The position numbers were made by a program, and so were the translations under genes. DNA of 60,000 bases. Origin: Lytechinus pictus. Lineage: Eukaryota. Position 1 is the stretch's first letter, and the number at the start of each line of letters is the position of its first letter. The stretch spans positions 6,202,001-6,262,000 of the forward strand of contig NC_087246.1 of assembly GCF_037042905.1 (NCBI RefSeq). Reading direction: 5' to 3'. The notes beneath the pieces are model-generated. The model saw only the letters and a list, made by a program, of their open reading frames with translations, ran no database searches and was not told where the DNA came from. Positions 49,401 to 58,388 of the stretch are shown here, in pieces.

Positions 49401-51984
49401 AACAATTGTTGATTCTCATACATGAATATTCATTTGTGTTTGTAGTAAAAAAAAAAAGGTCTAAATAGGCAATAGACACATAGGAAGTTTATACTACAGT
49501 GAGAATTACAGTACTTAATTTGAGAATTATTATGGATCTATCTATTCCATGTTGAAAGGAAATGTTCCATGTATTATTTGGAGAGTGCCTTAGAAATCAT
49601 AATTTGACTTTAAAATGTTTCTTATTTTACTTCCAATTTTGATAGCATTTTCTGTGTTATGCTTGTTGGACTTTTCTATTTTTATTCCAACCAACTTTTT
49701 GTTGAGGTGCACTTGTCCTTTAATTTAATTGAAAAAAATGTTGTTTTCGGACAAAAATGACGAAAATGGATTTCAAACCACAATTCCAGCCAAGTTATAT
49801 TGTATTAACAAAATTATTGTTAAACGGAACATTGAGAAAACAATGATTCCTATTCTAAACAATATTTTTGTGCGTGTACTAAATCAATATAATTATGTTC
49901 AATCACATAAATCATGAGATGAGTGGAAGATTATTGTATTCAATGATGATGTCATTTTTCTGCAGTCTGTTCGTCAACAGAGAGACAAACATCGCATTGC
50001 TAACGTACAGACTCGATGAAAGAAATTTATAAAAAAAAGTTTCAGAAGCTTGACCAATCTTTTACTTCCAACTTTAAAAGGGACATGGGATGGGTCAGAG
50101 GAATACGTAACAAATCAATAATGATTTTTATCCTTTTGCACAATTATTTATGTTAGGTTACAAGCTGAGGTAATCTTGGACTAGAATAGCGAACCAAACC
50201 CTCATTCGAATTTCATCATAAAATCTATATTTAAAAAATAATAATATACTTACAATGAATGCCTTTTGATGCAAGGTATCTGTAAACTGCTTTCCATCTG
50301 CGACATTATGAAGTCTGACGTATTTGGCCTGTTTCTTGGTGAAAGGACAGACAGGACCTGCTATTGTAGGACCGTTGCTTGGTGGTGAACTTCCTCCATT
50401 CTGGTTTGATTCTGTGTTCTTATTGGAAGAATTATTCTCCTGAGGAGATGGTATTGGATCTGTTTGGATTGATATTTCGCTGGTGGAGACATTATGAACT
50501 TGAGTTGGTTCTATGAGAACGCCGTTCGATTTGCCGTTGATATTGATATGATTTGTTCTGTTCTGCTTAATTGGGGTAGAAGCGTTCTTGTTGATAGAAT
50601 AGCTCCCGGCCTGTTTAACCCCCTCAGGCACAGTTACAACCCCATTCGCCGAACACCCCGCTCCCATACCGTCTGCTATCCCGTTAACTAATGTCCCGTT
50701 AACCCTCAAGTTCTTGCTATCAGGGGTAATGGTACCGTTGACGCTATTGTTACTCGGACCAATGCCGTTCACGAGAGGTTCTTTGAGCAAGTTCGCGTTT
50801 AGTGGTGTTCCTTCTTCGGGCGGTGTTTGTTGACTAAACTCCTGTCGGTCGTGTACTTCTGTCTTGCTTCGCTGCACCCCCGCAGGCTCTGATTCTGAAT
50901 GGAACTCGCTTTTGACCTCATTATGGTCACGTGATCCGTTTGCAAAGTTGACGTAAATCTCTCTTGTTTCTTTTTCTGGGGATGAAAAACCCGGGCTCCT
51001 GACCGTGATGATCCTCTCAGGACATTGGATGCCTTTACTTTCGGATTGATATTCGTGGGATTCCTCAATCAGGGACATTCCCTGATTACGCGCACGTTCT
51101 CCTTCTAAGTCGTAGTCTACAGATGTCCGGGGACTGTCGTAGTAAAATTCTTCATGTGACTGTTGCTGTTGTTGTTGCATGATCTTCAGCTGGTAGACGT
51201 CACGAGGGTAGGTGCCGTTCCATGCAAATACGTTTTGATATTCAGGGACACCATGTCGGTTGCAGTAGCAAGGAGATGGTTCACGATAGCTGAAATTCCT
51301 AACGGGGCTTGTCGGTAGACTACCTCGAGCAGGAGATCTACTACTATCTCGATCACGTCGCGATCTACGCGCAGGACTCCCATAACGATAAGGACTATTG
51401 TCCGGTGTATGAGTCCGTGGTCGAGGTGGTTGATGGCTCCCATGTACGATGATGCCGTTATGGAGTTGAGCTTGGTTGTAGATGGTATTTTCATAATTTG
51501 GTAAATGTGCATTGCGAGGCCATGTCGAAGAAGGGGCACGTGTGGGACTCCTTGAACTATCTCGACTAGATCGCCGCTGCTTTTTGGGTCCGATACCCGG
51601 TGACGTCTTGTTAGGTGTTTCATCTGTCTGTTCCGGTTCGGTTATCCGTACAATATTAACGGCACCATCCGGTGACATGACGGTTTCCAGTCGAGTGCGG
51701 TATCCTTCAGGACCTTTCAATACGATCACACAAGGCGTGTCCATAGGGACGCTTCGAAGTACCTCAAGTGCAGTATTATAAGGCACATCTGTAAGTTGAA
51801 CGCCGTTAACCGCAAGAAGTATATCCCCTATCCGTACGAGCCCCGAATTCTCAGCCACCCCTCCGGATATCAAATCCGAAATCAGAACAGGCGGATTGCA
51901 CTTTCTCTTCCTCACCAAGAATCCGAGGCCATGCGGCGGTCTCTTCACTAACCGAATAGAAAATGTGTTGGGATCGTTCTCCAT
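4222..51984 (-). CDS. NOS1: Nitric oxide synthase, neuronal/constitutive type with N-terminal PDZ domain (whole coding span, 24 exons, ~1732 aa)
   Basis: Spliced translation gives PDZ (GLGFLV...LETVM), CSEKKC Zn motif, [13 protein letters not shown] heme-Cys motif, [14 protein letters not shown], CaM helix (FKEVAKAVKFS), FMN motifs ([30 protein letters not shown]), FAD motif (RYYSISSS), NADPH motifs ([14 protein letters not shown]) and RYHEDIFG. All junctions are GT-AG with matching phases and the total length is divisible by 3. One-to-one orthology to vertebrate NOS1 is not implied. Confidence 0.97.
5022..5213 (-). CDS. NOS1: NOS coding exon 23 (VYVQD...[14 protein letters not shown])
   Basis: ttaag|GTA acceptor, AAG|gtgggg donor. 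Confidence 0.93.
5564..5855 (-). CDS. NOS1: NOS coding exon 22 (APTFHMP...[16 protein letters not shown]...AYSREP)
   Basis: ttaag|G acceptor, AAG|gtatgt donor. Confidence 0.94.
6380..6467 (-). CDS. NOS1: NOS coding exon 21 ([13 protein letters not shown]...PCFIR)
   Basis: ccag|GT, CA|gtaagt; 88 nt. Confidence 0.95.
6902..7112 (-). CDS. NOS1: NOS coding exon 20 (FAD motif RYYSISSSP)
   Basis: gtag|GGT, G|gtatgt; 211 nt. Confidence 0.96.
7331..7500 (-). CDS. NOS1: NOS coding exon 19 (ERLPKCSI...[10 protein letters not shown])
   Basis: tgcag|GT, AAG|gtaagc; 170 nt. Confidence 0.95.
10252..10445 (-). CDS. NOS1: NOS coding exon 18 (RSTIFVRL...[13 protein letters not shown]...TAL)
   Basis: ttcag|A, G|gtaggt; 194 nt. 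Confidence 0.95.
10736..10965 (-). CDS. NOS1: NOS coding exon 17 (AACEVFCI...ELQAKNS)
   Basis: tgtag|GCG, GA|gtgagt. Confidence 0.94.
11848..12022 (-). CDS. NOS1: NOS coding exon 16 ([16 protein letters not shown]...[10 protein letters not shown])
   Basis: gtag|A, AAG|gtgagt; 175 nt. Confidence 0.96.
12295..12396 (-). CDS. NOS1: NOS coding exon 15 (autoinhibitory insert: LRSIRFDNK...[10 protein letters not shown])
   Basis: ttag|T, AG|gtaagt; ends in the conserved LANVR. Confidence 0.9.
13711..13752 (-). CDS. NOS1: Putative 42-nt cassette exon in the NOS autoinhibitory insert ([13 protein letters not shown])
   Basis: cgcag|A...AG|gtaaag, phase 2-2, open frame, purine-rich; weak pyrimidine tract. 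Confidence 0.55.
15137..15195 (-). CDS. NOS1: NOS coding exon 13 ([19 protein letters not shown])
   Basis: tcag|GAA, AG|gtaaat; 59 nt. Confidence 0.9.
15540..15644 (-). CDS. NOS1: NOS coding exon 12 (VMNMEEYD...[14 protein letters not shown])
   Basis: ttag|GTG, GAG|gtatag; 105 nt. Confidence 0.96.
17414..17558 (-). CDS. NOS1: NOS coding exon 11 ([16 protein letters not shown]...YATETGKS)
   Basis: tacag|G, AAG|gtaag; 145 nt. Confidence 0.96.
18006..18103 (-). CDS. NOS1: NOS coding exon 10 ([10 protein letters not shown]...[12 protein letters not shown], CaM-binding start)
   Basis: gtag|GAT, AA|gtgagt. Confidence 0.93.
18629..18823 (-). CDS. NOS1: NOS coding exon 9 (VTITDHH...[13 protein letters not shown]...FHQEM)
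   Basis: ttag|AAA, CAG|gtaag; 195 nt. Confidence 0.96.
18990..19580 (-). mobile_element. Probable LINE (CR1/L2-like) 3' end with structured UTR
   Basis: T-rich minus strand, nested stem-loop at 19205-19312, terminal cagtctttggactg hairpin. Confidence 0.45.
19840..19941 (-). CDS. NOS1: NOS coding exon 8 (NIGIQMGLD...[19 protein letters not shown])
   Basis: acag|AAC, CAG|gtaaa; 102 nt. Confidence 0.95.
21699..22492 (+). mobile_element. Internally deleted L1/Tx1-clade LINE: RT fragment fused to 3' UTR and poly(A), with AGGGTAAA target-site duplication
   Basis: [14 protein letters not shown]...[13 protein letters not shown]...[11 protein letters not shown] with frameshift and stop; AATAAA + A10 at 22462-22485; AGGGTAAA at 21699-21706 and 22485-22492. 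Confidence 0.88.
22639..22726. mobile_element. Short CACTA-terminated hairpin element
   Basis: cactactggacctgttagaatagtttc / gtaactattttaaaaggtccaatagtg. Confidence 0.5.
24844..24877. repeat. (CA)n microsatellite, interrupted
   Basis: Direct reading. Confidence 0.8.
26632..26806 (-). CDS. NOS1: NOS coding exon 7 ([18 protein letters not shown]...[11 protein letters not shown])
   Basis: ttag|G, GAG|gtatgt; 175 nt; substrate-binding Glu. Confidence 0.96.
26914..27114. mobile_element. Foldback MITE (CACTG/EnSpm-like)
   Basis: agcacgttgtttaaacctgtcactctaacaac / gttgttagagtgacgggtttaaaaaacgtgct inverted repeat; tttaaa sub-repeats. Confidence 0.65.
28553..28586. repeat. poly(C) plus (CT)n microsatellite
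   Basis: Direct reading. Confidence 0.8.
28747..28886 (-). CDS. NOS1: NOS coding exon 6 (VCQKLGWK...[12 protein letters not shown]...LEHP)
   Basis: gtag|GTA, AA|gtaagt; 140 nt. Confidence 0.95.
29528..29669 (-). CDS. NOS1: NOS coding exon 5 (SAITIFPQR...[10 protein letters not shown])
   Basis: tttcag|A, GAG|gtaagc; 142 nt. Confidence 0.96.
30134..30380. mobile_element. Foldback MITE (tacact...agtgta termini)
   Basis: gggtaattatgtgtccaaccaa / ttgtttggacacataattaccc inverted repeat. Confidence 0.6.
31595..32175. mobile_element. Kolobok-like non-autonomous DNA transposon (MITE)
   Basis: TTAA TSD, AGG...CCT termini, long imperfect TIRs (ttaaaggttaagttcaccccagcaaaa / ttttgttggggtggagttgtcctttaa). 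Confidence 0.85.
34270..34590 (-). mobile_element. CR1/L2-type LINE reverse transcriptase remnant
   Basis: [18 protein letters not shown] followed after a frameshift by FILFADDS. Confidence 0.85.
35224..35397. mobile_element. Harbinger-like MITE
   Basis: Imperfect TIRs gggccgttttataacgttgttcgtaagttaaga / tcttaacttgcaaacagctttatgaaacaccc; inner ggtgatcctttctt / aagaaaggttcacc. Confidence 0.6.
37468..37565 (+). repeat. Polypurine G-run tract (G4/H-DNA potential)
   Basis: About a dozen GGG/GGGG runs separated by 1-3 A/T. Confidence 0.7.
37585..37676 (-). CDS. NOS1: NOS coding exon 4 (VFDARNAST...YATNKGNLR)
   Basis: acag|GTA, AG|gtaag; 92 nt. Confidence 0.95.
38336..38498 (-). CDS. NOS1: NOS coding exon 3 (heme Cys, [13 protein letters not shown])
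   Basis: cag|G acceptor, CAG|gtata donor, 163 nt. Confidence 0.96.
39443..39762. mobile_element. Harbinger-like MITE
   Basis: TIRs ggcccgtattctga / tcagaatacgggca. Confidence 0.6.
39899..40099. mobile_element. hAT-like MITE (201 bp)
   Basis: TIRs catggccgcacgcag / ctgcgtacggtcatg; 8-bp TSD gattggac / gattcgac. Confidence 0.75.
40141..40271 (-). CDS. NOS1: NOS coding exon 2 ([14 protein letters not shown]...QYFTHIKR)
   Basis: ctag|GAT acceptor, AG|gtaggt donor; Zn-binding CxxxxC. Confidence 0.93.
41534..41815 (-). mobile_element. LINE 3' UTR/poly(A) fragment, inverted copy of 22219-22485
   Basis: Near-identical reverse complement (e.g. ttgtacaacttgcttatggaatgtgaatg...gatttgagagaatacaataaaa). 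Confidence 0.9.
47112..47295 (+). mobile_element. tRNA-derived SINE with CORE-like body and A tail
   Basis: A box tggccgagtgg, B box ggttcgatccc, acceptor-like stem gtgccgtgg/ccgcggcac, then tgcccttgagcaaggcatttaa and A8. Confidence 0.8.
47665..47864 (-). mobile_element. tRNA-derived SINE (5' truncated) with LINE-type (TTA)n tail
   Basis: Minus strand: B box ggttcgatcct, gagtcattcc, tctgccttcttgcta, actgaagtggctacc, aataaaa + (tta)n. Confidence 0.75.
49607..49723. mobile_element. Right-end fragment of the same Kolobok-like family
   Basis: gtgttatgcttgttggacttttctatttttatt...cacttgtcctttaa matches the termini at 32175 and 58388. Confidence 0.75.
50254..51984 (-). CDS. NOS1: NOS coding exon 1 (PDZ, beta-finger, long linker, start of oxygenase domain up to DTLHQKAFI)
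   Basis: 608-aa ORF; donor ATT|gtaagt at 50253; Kozak-like AACCATGG start. Confidence 0.95.
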
Positions 51985-52217
51985 GGTTGAGTTTTTTTAT
52001 ATTTGTTTTTAGAATTTTACTTCGCTCAAATTTCCAGAGTTTGGAACGCATCAATTGCAGGTATCCAACAAATATACTTTTGAATACGATTTTCACAAAA
52101 TTCAAGTTTTCCCCTACTTTAAAGATGAGAAATTGACTCTCAATGTATATCAAGAACTATCGTAAGTGCTGCTATATCCACAACCGAGAGAGTTGAAGTG
52201 ACGATAAACAGAGGTGC
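51985..52217 (-). other. 5' UTR part of the first coding exon of NOS, bounded by a strong splice acceptor
   Basis: Minus strand tattttctctgttttcccctcag|G at 52218/52217 implies upstream non-coding exon(s). Confidence 0.65.
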
Positions 52218-52929
52218 CTGAGGGGAAAACAGAGAAAATATCATATTAATGATTTTAATAGCCAATAATTTGTCACCACGCCCAGGGGTGAAACATTTCA
52301 AACACTACCCAATTATGGACGATAATAGCTATTCAACAGACGGGCGGGGATAAATTAGTCCAATTTGTCGCTCCAACCCGCACGGTAGTTAGGATTCAAA
52401 ACATATTTCGATTTCCTTCAAATACAAAGTTAGTTCCGCCTACGATTTCTTAAATAAATATTTCCCTAACTTGATTTTATACATAACAGGATCGAAGACC
52501 ATTTAACTTCTTCTTGAAAGTGAGCGGACTTTTCTATGTACTTTTTTTTACACTTCACACACGAACTTCAACTTGCTTTTGATAATTTGCGGAATAATAT
52601 TTGTTATGTGTTCGAAATATAAACGGAAATTGAAAATTGCTTTTGCGATTTGATGGACATTTGAATGGTATAAACATCATAATGAAGTGTAATGATGCGG
52701 ATAATTGAATTTCATCAAAAGATGATCAGCATTAAATTCTTAGCGATAAATACGACAACTTTCGTGAAAACGGGAATCAATCATAAACGACCCTATTATG
52801 GTGGGCGGAGAACACGTTGCATACAAGTCCAAACTTTGTCCAAACGGTACTTATTCCTTGACTACTTTGCAAGTATCATATACGTTTCCATTGATTACAG
52901 TGTCAATTGGGTGTTCCGGTCTGAAAATA

Positions 52930-53400
52930 ATTCATCTAAATAAATAGAAAAAATTCCAACGAACAAAAGGTTGACAATTTCATTGAAATCTGATAACAAA
53001 CAACGAAGTTATTGAAATTTAAAGTTTAGCAATTTTTTGTGAAAACAGTTATACGCATCTCATCATGGATATGTAGTAAGTAGGCTGATGATGTCCCCAC
53101 TTTTCTTTTTCTGATATATCCCCCTTGTAAGAGAATAGGCTGCATCAGTTATTTTCTAACACGTTTAAGCAGTAGTCAATCCGATTTTGTTTTTCATTTT
53201 GGAGTAAAAGGGGAATAAATATAATTCATATGATATAATACAAGAAAATACGTAATGAAATGACATCATAAGCTTGTTCATTGCATATTCATGAACACGT
53301 GCATAGGACTGTTTTACCAAAGTTTAGAATGTTATAATGTTATCATTCTTTGTCCGATTTTAATGAAATTTTCAGTTATTTGTATGTCTGATTTTATCTT
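52930..53400. mobile_element. Diverged Kolobok-like MITE relative
   Basis: Shared motifs aatttcattgaaatc, ttaaagttt, gatgatgtccc, ccgattttaatgaaattttcag. Confidence 0.55.
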
Positions 53401-53680
53401 AGATTATACCCATAAAGATGTACAATAGGGGTGGCGCTATGCATGATATGAAATGAGTCTACAGTCGAAGCAATGGCAGTATTATAAAGCGAGTACCAAG
53501 ATTTGTTTTCATGATTTATCATAAGAGGTTTAGATCTCTGTATTTAAGTGGATGCCATTTCATGATTAGATAAAATGGGGAGAAGCTGACAAAATTGTTA
53601 GCAAACACCAAAAAGTCTGTTGTCCTAATGTTAAATTTCAATCTAAAATGAATAATCTTTTTTTAATGGGTAGAGAATTT

Positions 53681-54228
53681 TTTTTACACACGCTAAATTT
53701 TCCTTAACCCCGTACTATAGGTGGGGCTAAATTGCCATTTAGCCCCACCTATAGTACGGGGTTAAGCTTAGCCCACTTTCTTTTTACACAGCATATTTAC
53801 AAAGTGGGCTAACCCCACCTTTAGTACGGGATTATTTGGCCCTGCAAAAAAGCAGGGTTATCCCAGCAATTGCGGTGCTAAGAGCGATAGTACGGGGTTA
53901 AGATCGCTAGTGTAAAACGAAAGTGGGCTAAGCTTAACCCCGTACTATAGGTGGGGCTAAATGGCAATTTAGCCCCACCTATAGTACGGGGTTAAGGACA
54001 TTTTAGCGTGTGTAAAAAGGTACGAGTGAAGTACTTGTACTACGAATGATCGACAAAAACCACTAGTCCGGGGTTAGCGAGTTTCGTGTGTGAAAAGCAA
54101 GCATTTCTTATCCGGGGTTAGCGATAACAATTTGGCATGTGTGAAAAGGAAAACAAATAGTACGGGGTTAAGGATAGTACGGGGTTAGCGATAGTCCGGG
54201 GTTAAGAAAATCCTGTGTAAAAAGGGTA
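53681..54228. mobile_element. Highly palindromic MITE (Harbinger-like, left end truncated) built of tagtacggggtta units
   Basis: 53681-54018 is an inverted repeat with ~108-bp arms, each containing a 30-bp perfect hairpin; right terminus gtgtaaaagggta. Confidence 0.75.
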
Positions 54229-54404
54229 TAAAACACTTTTGTTGGAATCTTCCGTTTTTACATTTGATTTGTCGGTACGCCTTTATTAAGGAAAGTAAAT
54301 TTATCTGGAGAGTGAGCATGGTACAACAGTTAGAGCAAAAGGAGGATGGAACAAGCGAGTAAGGGGGTGTAAGAGAGTGCAAGGAATAAAGAGAGATAAA
54401 GAAA

Positions 54405-54445
54405 GAGAGAGAGAGATAAGGGAGAGAGAGAGAGAGAGAGAGAGA
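54405..54445. repeat. (GA)n microsatellite
   Basis: Direct reading. Confidence 0.85.
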
Positions 54446-56065
54446 AAGTGCAAGAGATTGGGAGAGCAGATAAGGAACATATTCCCTGACTTACTATTTA
54501 TCCAATCAATGTTTTCAAGGGTAACTGCTGAACTTTGAAATTCAGTAGCTTTGTTGTTTGTTGTCGGGTTTTGATGGGGTTTTCAGCGTTTTGCTTATCA
54601 AATTTTGCTCTGTCTGTATAGATAGAATTGTTTTCTGCCCGAAATGTCCCTTAAAGCTCGTAGTCCTCCTCCATTATTGTAGTTTTGTTGTTTACATATT
54701 GAAACTAGAAGTTACAGGGGCTTGCCTTTCTTACAAGATTTTCTTGACAGACCCTTTTTATAGCCAAAATCATTGTCGTTCACCTCAGTTCCTGTTTAAC
54801 TCTTCTTATATTGTTTATTTGATATCATTGAACTGTTTGTGAAAATAATAAATATGTATTGTTACTCTGATTGTACTTTTTAACGGAAAATTAATAAATC
54901 TATCAATCTAAATCGATTATATAAAAGTCTTAATTTACTGTGTAATTATTATTTTCAGTAAATTTCTGAGCACCGTGGCCTCCAGCCCCGGGCCAGCCCC
55001 GGGCCAGCCCCCCCCCCCCATGTCGACAATGGCAGATGAAAAAAAATATATATACGATAGATAGGTGACAGGTCATATTCTACGTAACAGTTGCTGACTT
55101 GGTGCCAATATATGACCCCCATACCGATTTAAAGGTTGGAACCATCCTATTATATTATTGTAGCCAACGATTGTGATATCATCAATTCGCTACACTAATA
55201 CATGTACGTCATGAATGTCAATGCAAACAATACTGATCTGTGGATGACAGTCGATTAGGATATCTACATCTAGCGTTAGTATAGCGCCAACATGCGGCAT
55301 CAATGTTAGATAACTGAAGAGCTGTTTTTTATGTTATTGGGGTTGGAGTGGCAATTTTCATGAAAGTATGTTCATAACTTGTTTAAAGAAGATTCCATGC
55401 TAGATAGAAATTGTTTTTAGAACCCCCCCCCCCCCAAAAAAAAAAGACACGCATGTGAAAGTTTAAACAATGTCACATTAACAATAAGAAAGTAGGTCTA
55501 TTTTTTTTTTTTATTAATTACTGTTTTACACTATAATTCGAGACTTAATTTTGGTTATAACGTCATAGTGATCACGGTGATGTAGGATAGGGTCAAGTTA
55601 CTTTTATATTTTCTCCATAAAATGGCTGAAATGAATTATTTTGACGTATTACATTTTTTTTTGCTTGAGGACTTGCGCAATACGTTATCTGTCTTATTAT
55701 TTGATTACTGCCCAAGTGAATTATACTTATGATGAAACCACACATGACCGAAATTAAATACACAGTCTACGTGAAAGCTGTCCCAAGCCCTAATCATAAT
55801 ATATTAACAAAGTTGTCAATTTTATATCAAACACAAAGAACCATGACTTTCTTTTTCCTTGTCCAATTTATTTGAAACTTTCAGTATTCTTTTAATCTTT
55901 TTTTTTTCGTCCTCGCTCACATAAATTTCCATGAAAAATTGATTTCCCCTTAAACATGGGATTTCGATCCTTCGAAATATCTTTCTACCAACCCGACCTT
56001 GATTTGTATCACTTTGACTCCTTTGCTTTTTCCATACTATAAGAGTGATTCACATATAAATACAA

Positions 56066-56212
56066 ACACTCTAAAAAATAGGTTTACCCAATAATGGGTA
56101 AAATGGGAACATGCATGTTGGTTGGGTAAAAAAAATTCACGCAATGAAATAGCCTAATACGGGGTGAAAAAAATACCCAGCAAACATGCATGTTCCATTT
56201 CTACCCAATATA
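56066..56212. mobile_element. Foldback MITE related to 30134-30380
   Basis: tgggtaaaatgggaacatgcatgttggttgggta / tacccagcaaacatgcatgttccatttctaccca. Confidence 0.6.
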
Positions 56213-57680
56213 TCGAATGTACATTCTGTTAGCTGTGCTAAGTGTCATTAGGTTTTATGTGACAAGTTTTTTTTTACTCTGTCAATTCATTATTCTGATC
56301 TTGACTTCAAGTTGTTTTAGATGAAAGCATCAAACCTTCTTATAACGACGGTTTGGCATACTCAATCAAAGAAAACTATAAAGTTATGAATTTTGTAAAT
56401 CTGATTTTGTGACATTGCAAGCAGCTCCCCATTTATCAGTTAATAGGTTTTCAAGAAGTGAAATGTTTAATGATATATGATAACCAACTACATTTTCCTA
56501 CCATTTTGTCTATCTGTATGTTATATGACATAATGATCAAACAAGGTAGCAGGGGTTGTCACTTAGCTTGACTGCGTGACAATAACCCTGGCCTGGAAGG
56601 CAATTTATCTTAATAGTACAGGTGCATAGGGAGAGGGAAGGGGGAGGGGAGAGGGCTGAGGAGGGGGTAATGAATATTGTGCTGGAATAAGCCAATATAC
56701 TTACCACATACGATTAATATTACAATGGGTCAGATCATATTGATGTCCCAAAGCAGAGCTCATCATGACAGAGTGTTTGGAGAAAGCCCTCTGTAGTCTA
56801 GAGGCGAATATCCACAACCCTCTCTTGTGTGATTTGAATCTGGATGTAAAATACAATGTATATAGAACATACATTAAATGTATATCGAATCAAATGTACG
56901 GACTTATACCAAGTAGTCATAATTATAAAAATTCATCTATTCATAACATGTAATGATGAAATCCTAAAATTATATTTCATCACAAGGACACGAAGCATCA
57001 TTTAGAATATATCATATAGAACATGAGATTGCACACAAAAATAATTTGTTCAATAATTACGAGGTGAAAATGATGTCCACTCACTATCCATTATCAATAG
57101 ATAACATTTAATAATAGCTTATTACACAAATTATAATTATAATAATGATAAGCAGTAATGATAATGATATGCAACATCTATGTAGAGCTCTAAGCATTGC
57201 ATTCTACATGTTCTATTCCCCTTCTTTGTGCATGTCTACTATAATCAATCAGAATTTGGTGAGTAACTACATTTTTCATATTCGTTAATACATCATTTTC
57301 AATAACGATTTACCTCAATGTAATATCTTAATTAGCTATTTCCATTTATCAATAATCACTCTGCTTGATATCATTTGTGAGAGGATTCGATTTTCAATTT
57401 TCCTATTGATTTAAAGAGATTGAATTGAATTTATTTCCGCTACACAAACAACCATATTTTAGAATAATACATGTGAAATTAACAAAATAAAAACGGGAGG
57501 TTGTCCCTACTCATCTACTCGTCTACTGAGAGTTCATTGTTCCCTATCAGTATATTGCAAACTCTGATTCAATCAGAGAAATAATTTGAAATTCACCGGA
57601 CAGGATGATAGCTCAGTGGTAGATCACCCCTTTGAACGGAAGGTCATGGATTTGATCACCGACCGAGACGCTCAAATGAC

Positions 57681-58388
57681 TTAAAGGTCAAGTCCACCTC
57701 ATAAAAATGTTGATTTGAATCAATAGAGAAAAATCAGACAAGCATGATGCTGAAAATTTCATCAATGATAATAATAATAATAGTTGGATTTATAAAGCGC
57801 TTTTTGCCAGAGGATACAAAGCGCTGCTATTATTACCCCGGCTTTAGCTCGAGCTACCATCACCGGATATCGGATGTAAAATAAGAAAGTTATGACATTT
57901 TAAAGTTTCGCTTATTTTTCACACAATAGTTATATGCACAATTTAGTCACATGCAAACGAGAGAATCGATGATGTCCCTCACTCATTATTTCTTTGTTTT
58001 TTATTGTTCGAATTATACATTATTTCAATTGTGCAGATTTGACAATAAGGACCAACTTGACTGAACCATGAAATGTTAAGCAATGGTAATTCAACATGAT
58101 CAGGGAGAAATAAAAGTTTGTTTCACAGGACAATGAGGAGAATATTAGAATATTTCATATAATAAAATACAAAAGAAATAGTGAGTACGTGATGTCATCA
58201 GTTCCCTCATTTGCATACTGGCCAGGATGTGCATATAATTATATGTTTTGAGAAATTAAGCGAAAATCTAAAATGTCATAACTTTCTTGATTTACATCCG
58301 ATTTCGATGAAATTTCAAGTGTTATGCTTAATGGATTTTTCTATTTTTATTCAAATCAAATTTTTGTTGGGGTGGACTTGTCCTTTAA
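57681..58388. mobile_element. Second copy of the Kolobok-like MITE, carrying a ~100-bp insertion
   Basis: Collinear with 31595-32175; TTAA at both ends; extra sequence at 57766-57868. Confidence 0.85.
57766..57868 (-). mobile_element. L2-type LINE/SINE 3' tail inserted in the MITE
   Basis: Minus strand agcgctttgtatcctctggcaaaaagcgctttataaat + (tat)n; similar tails at ~6575, ~39015, ~47031. Confidence 0.65.

Noticed and set aside
249..49917. Numerous 60-120 aa ORFs in introns and UTR
   Set aside because: Low-complexity F/L/I/K-rich translations of AT-rich intron or repeat DNA without splice or homology support
50494..52153. Overlapping alternative-frame ORFs around the PDZ exon
   Set aside because: Shadows of the GC-richer NOS exon with no recognisable domains
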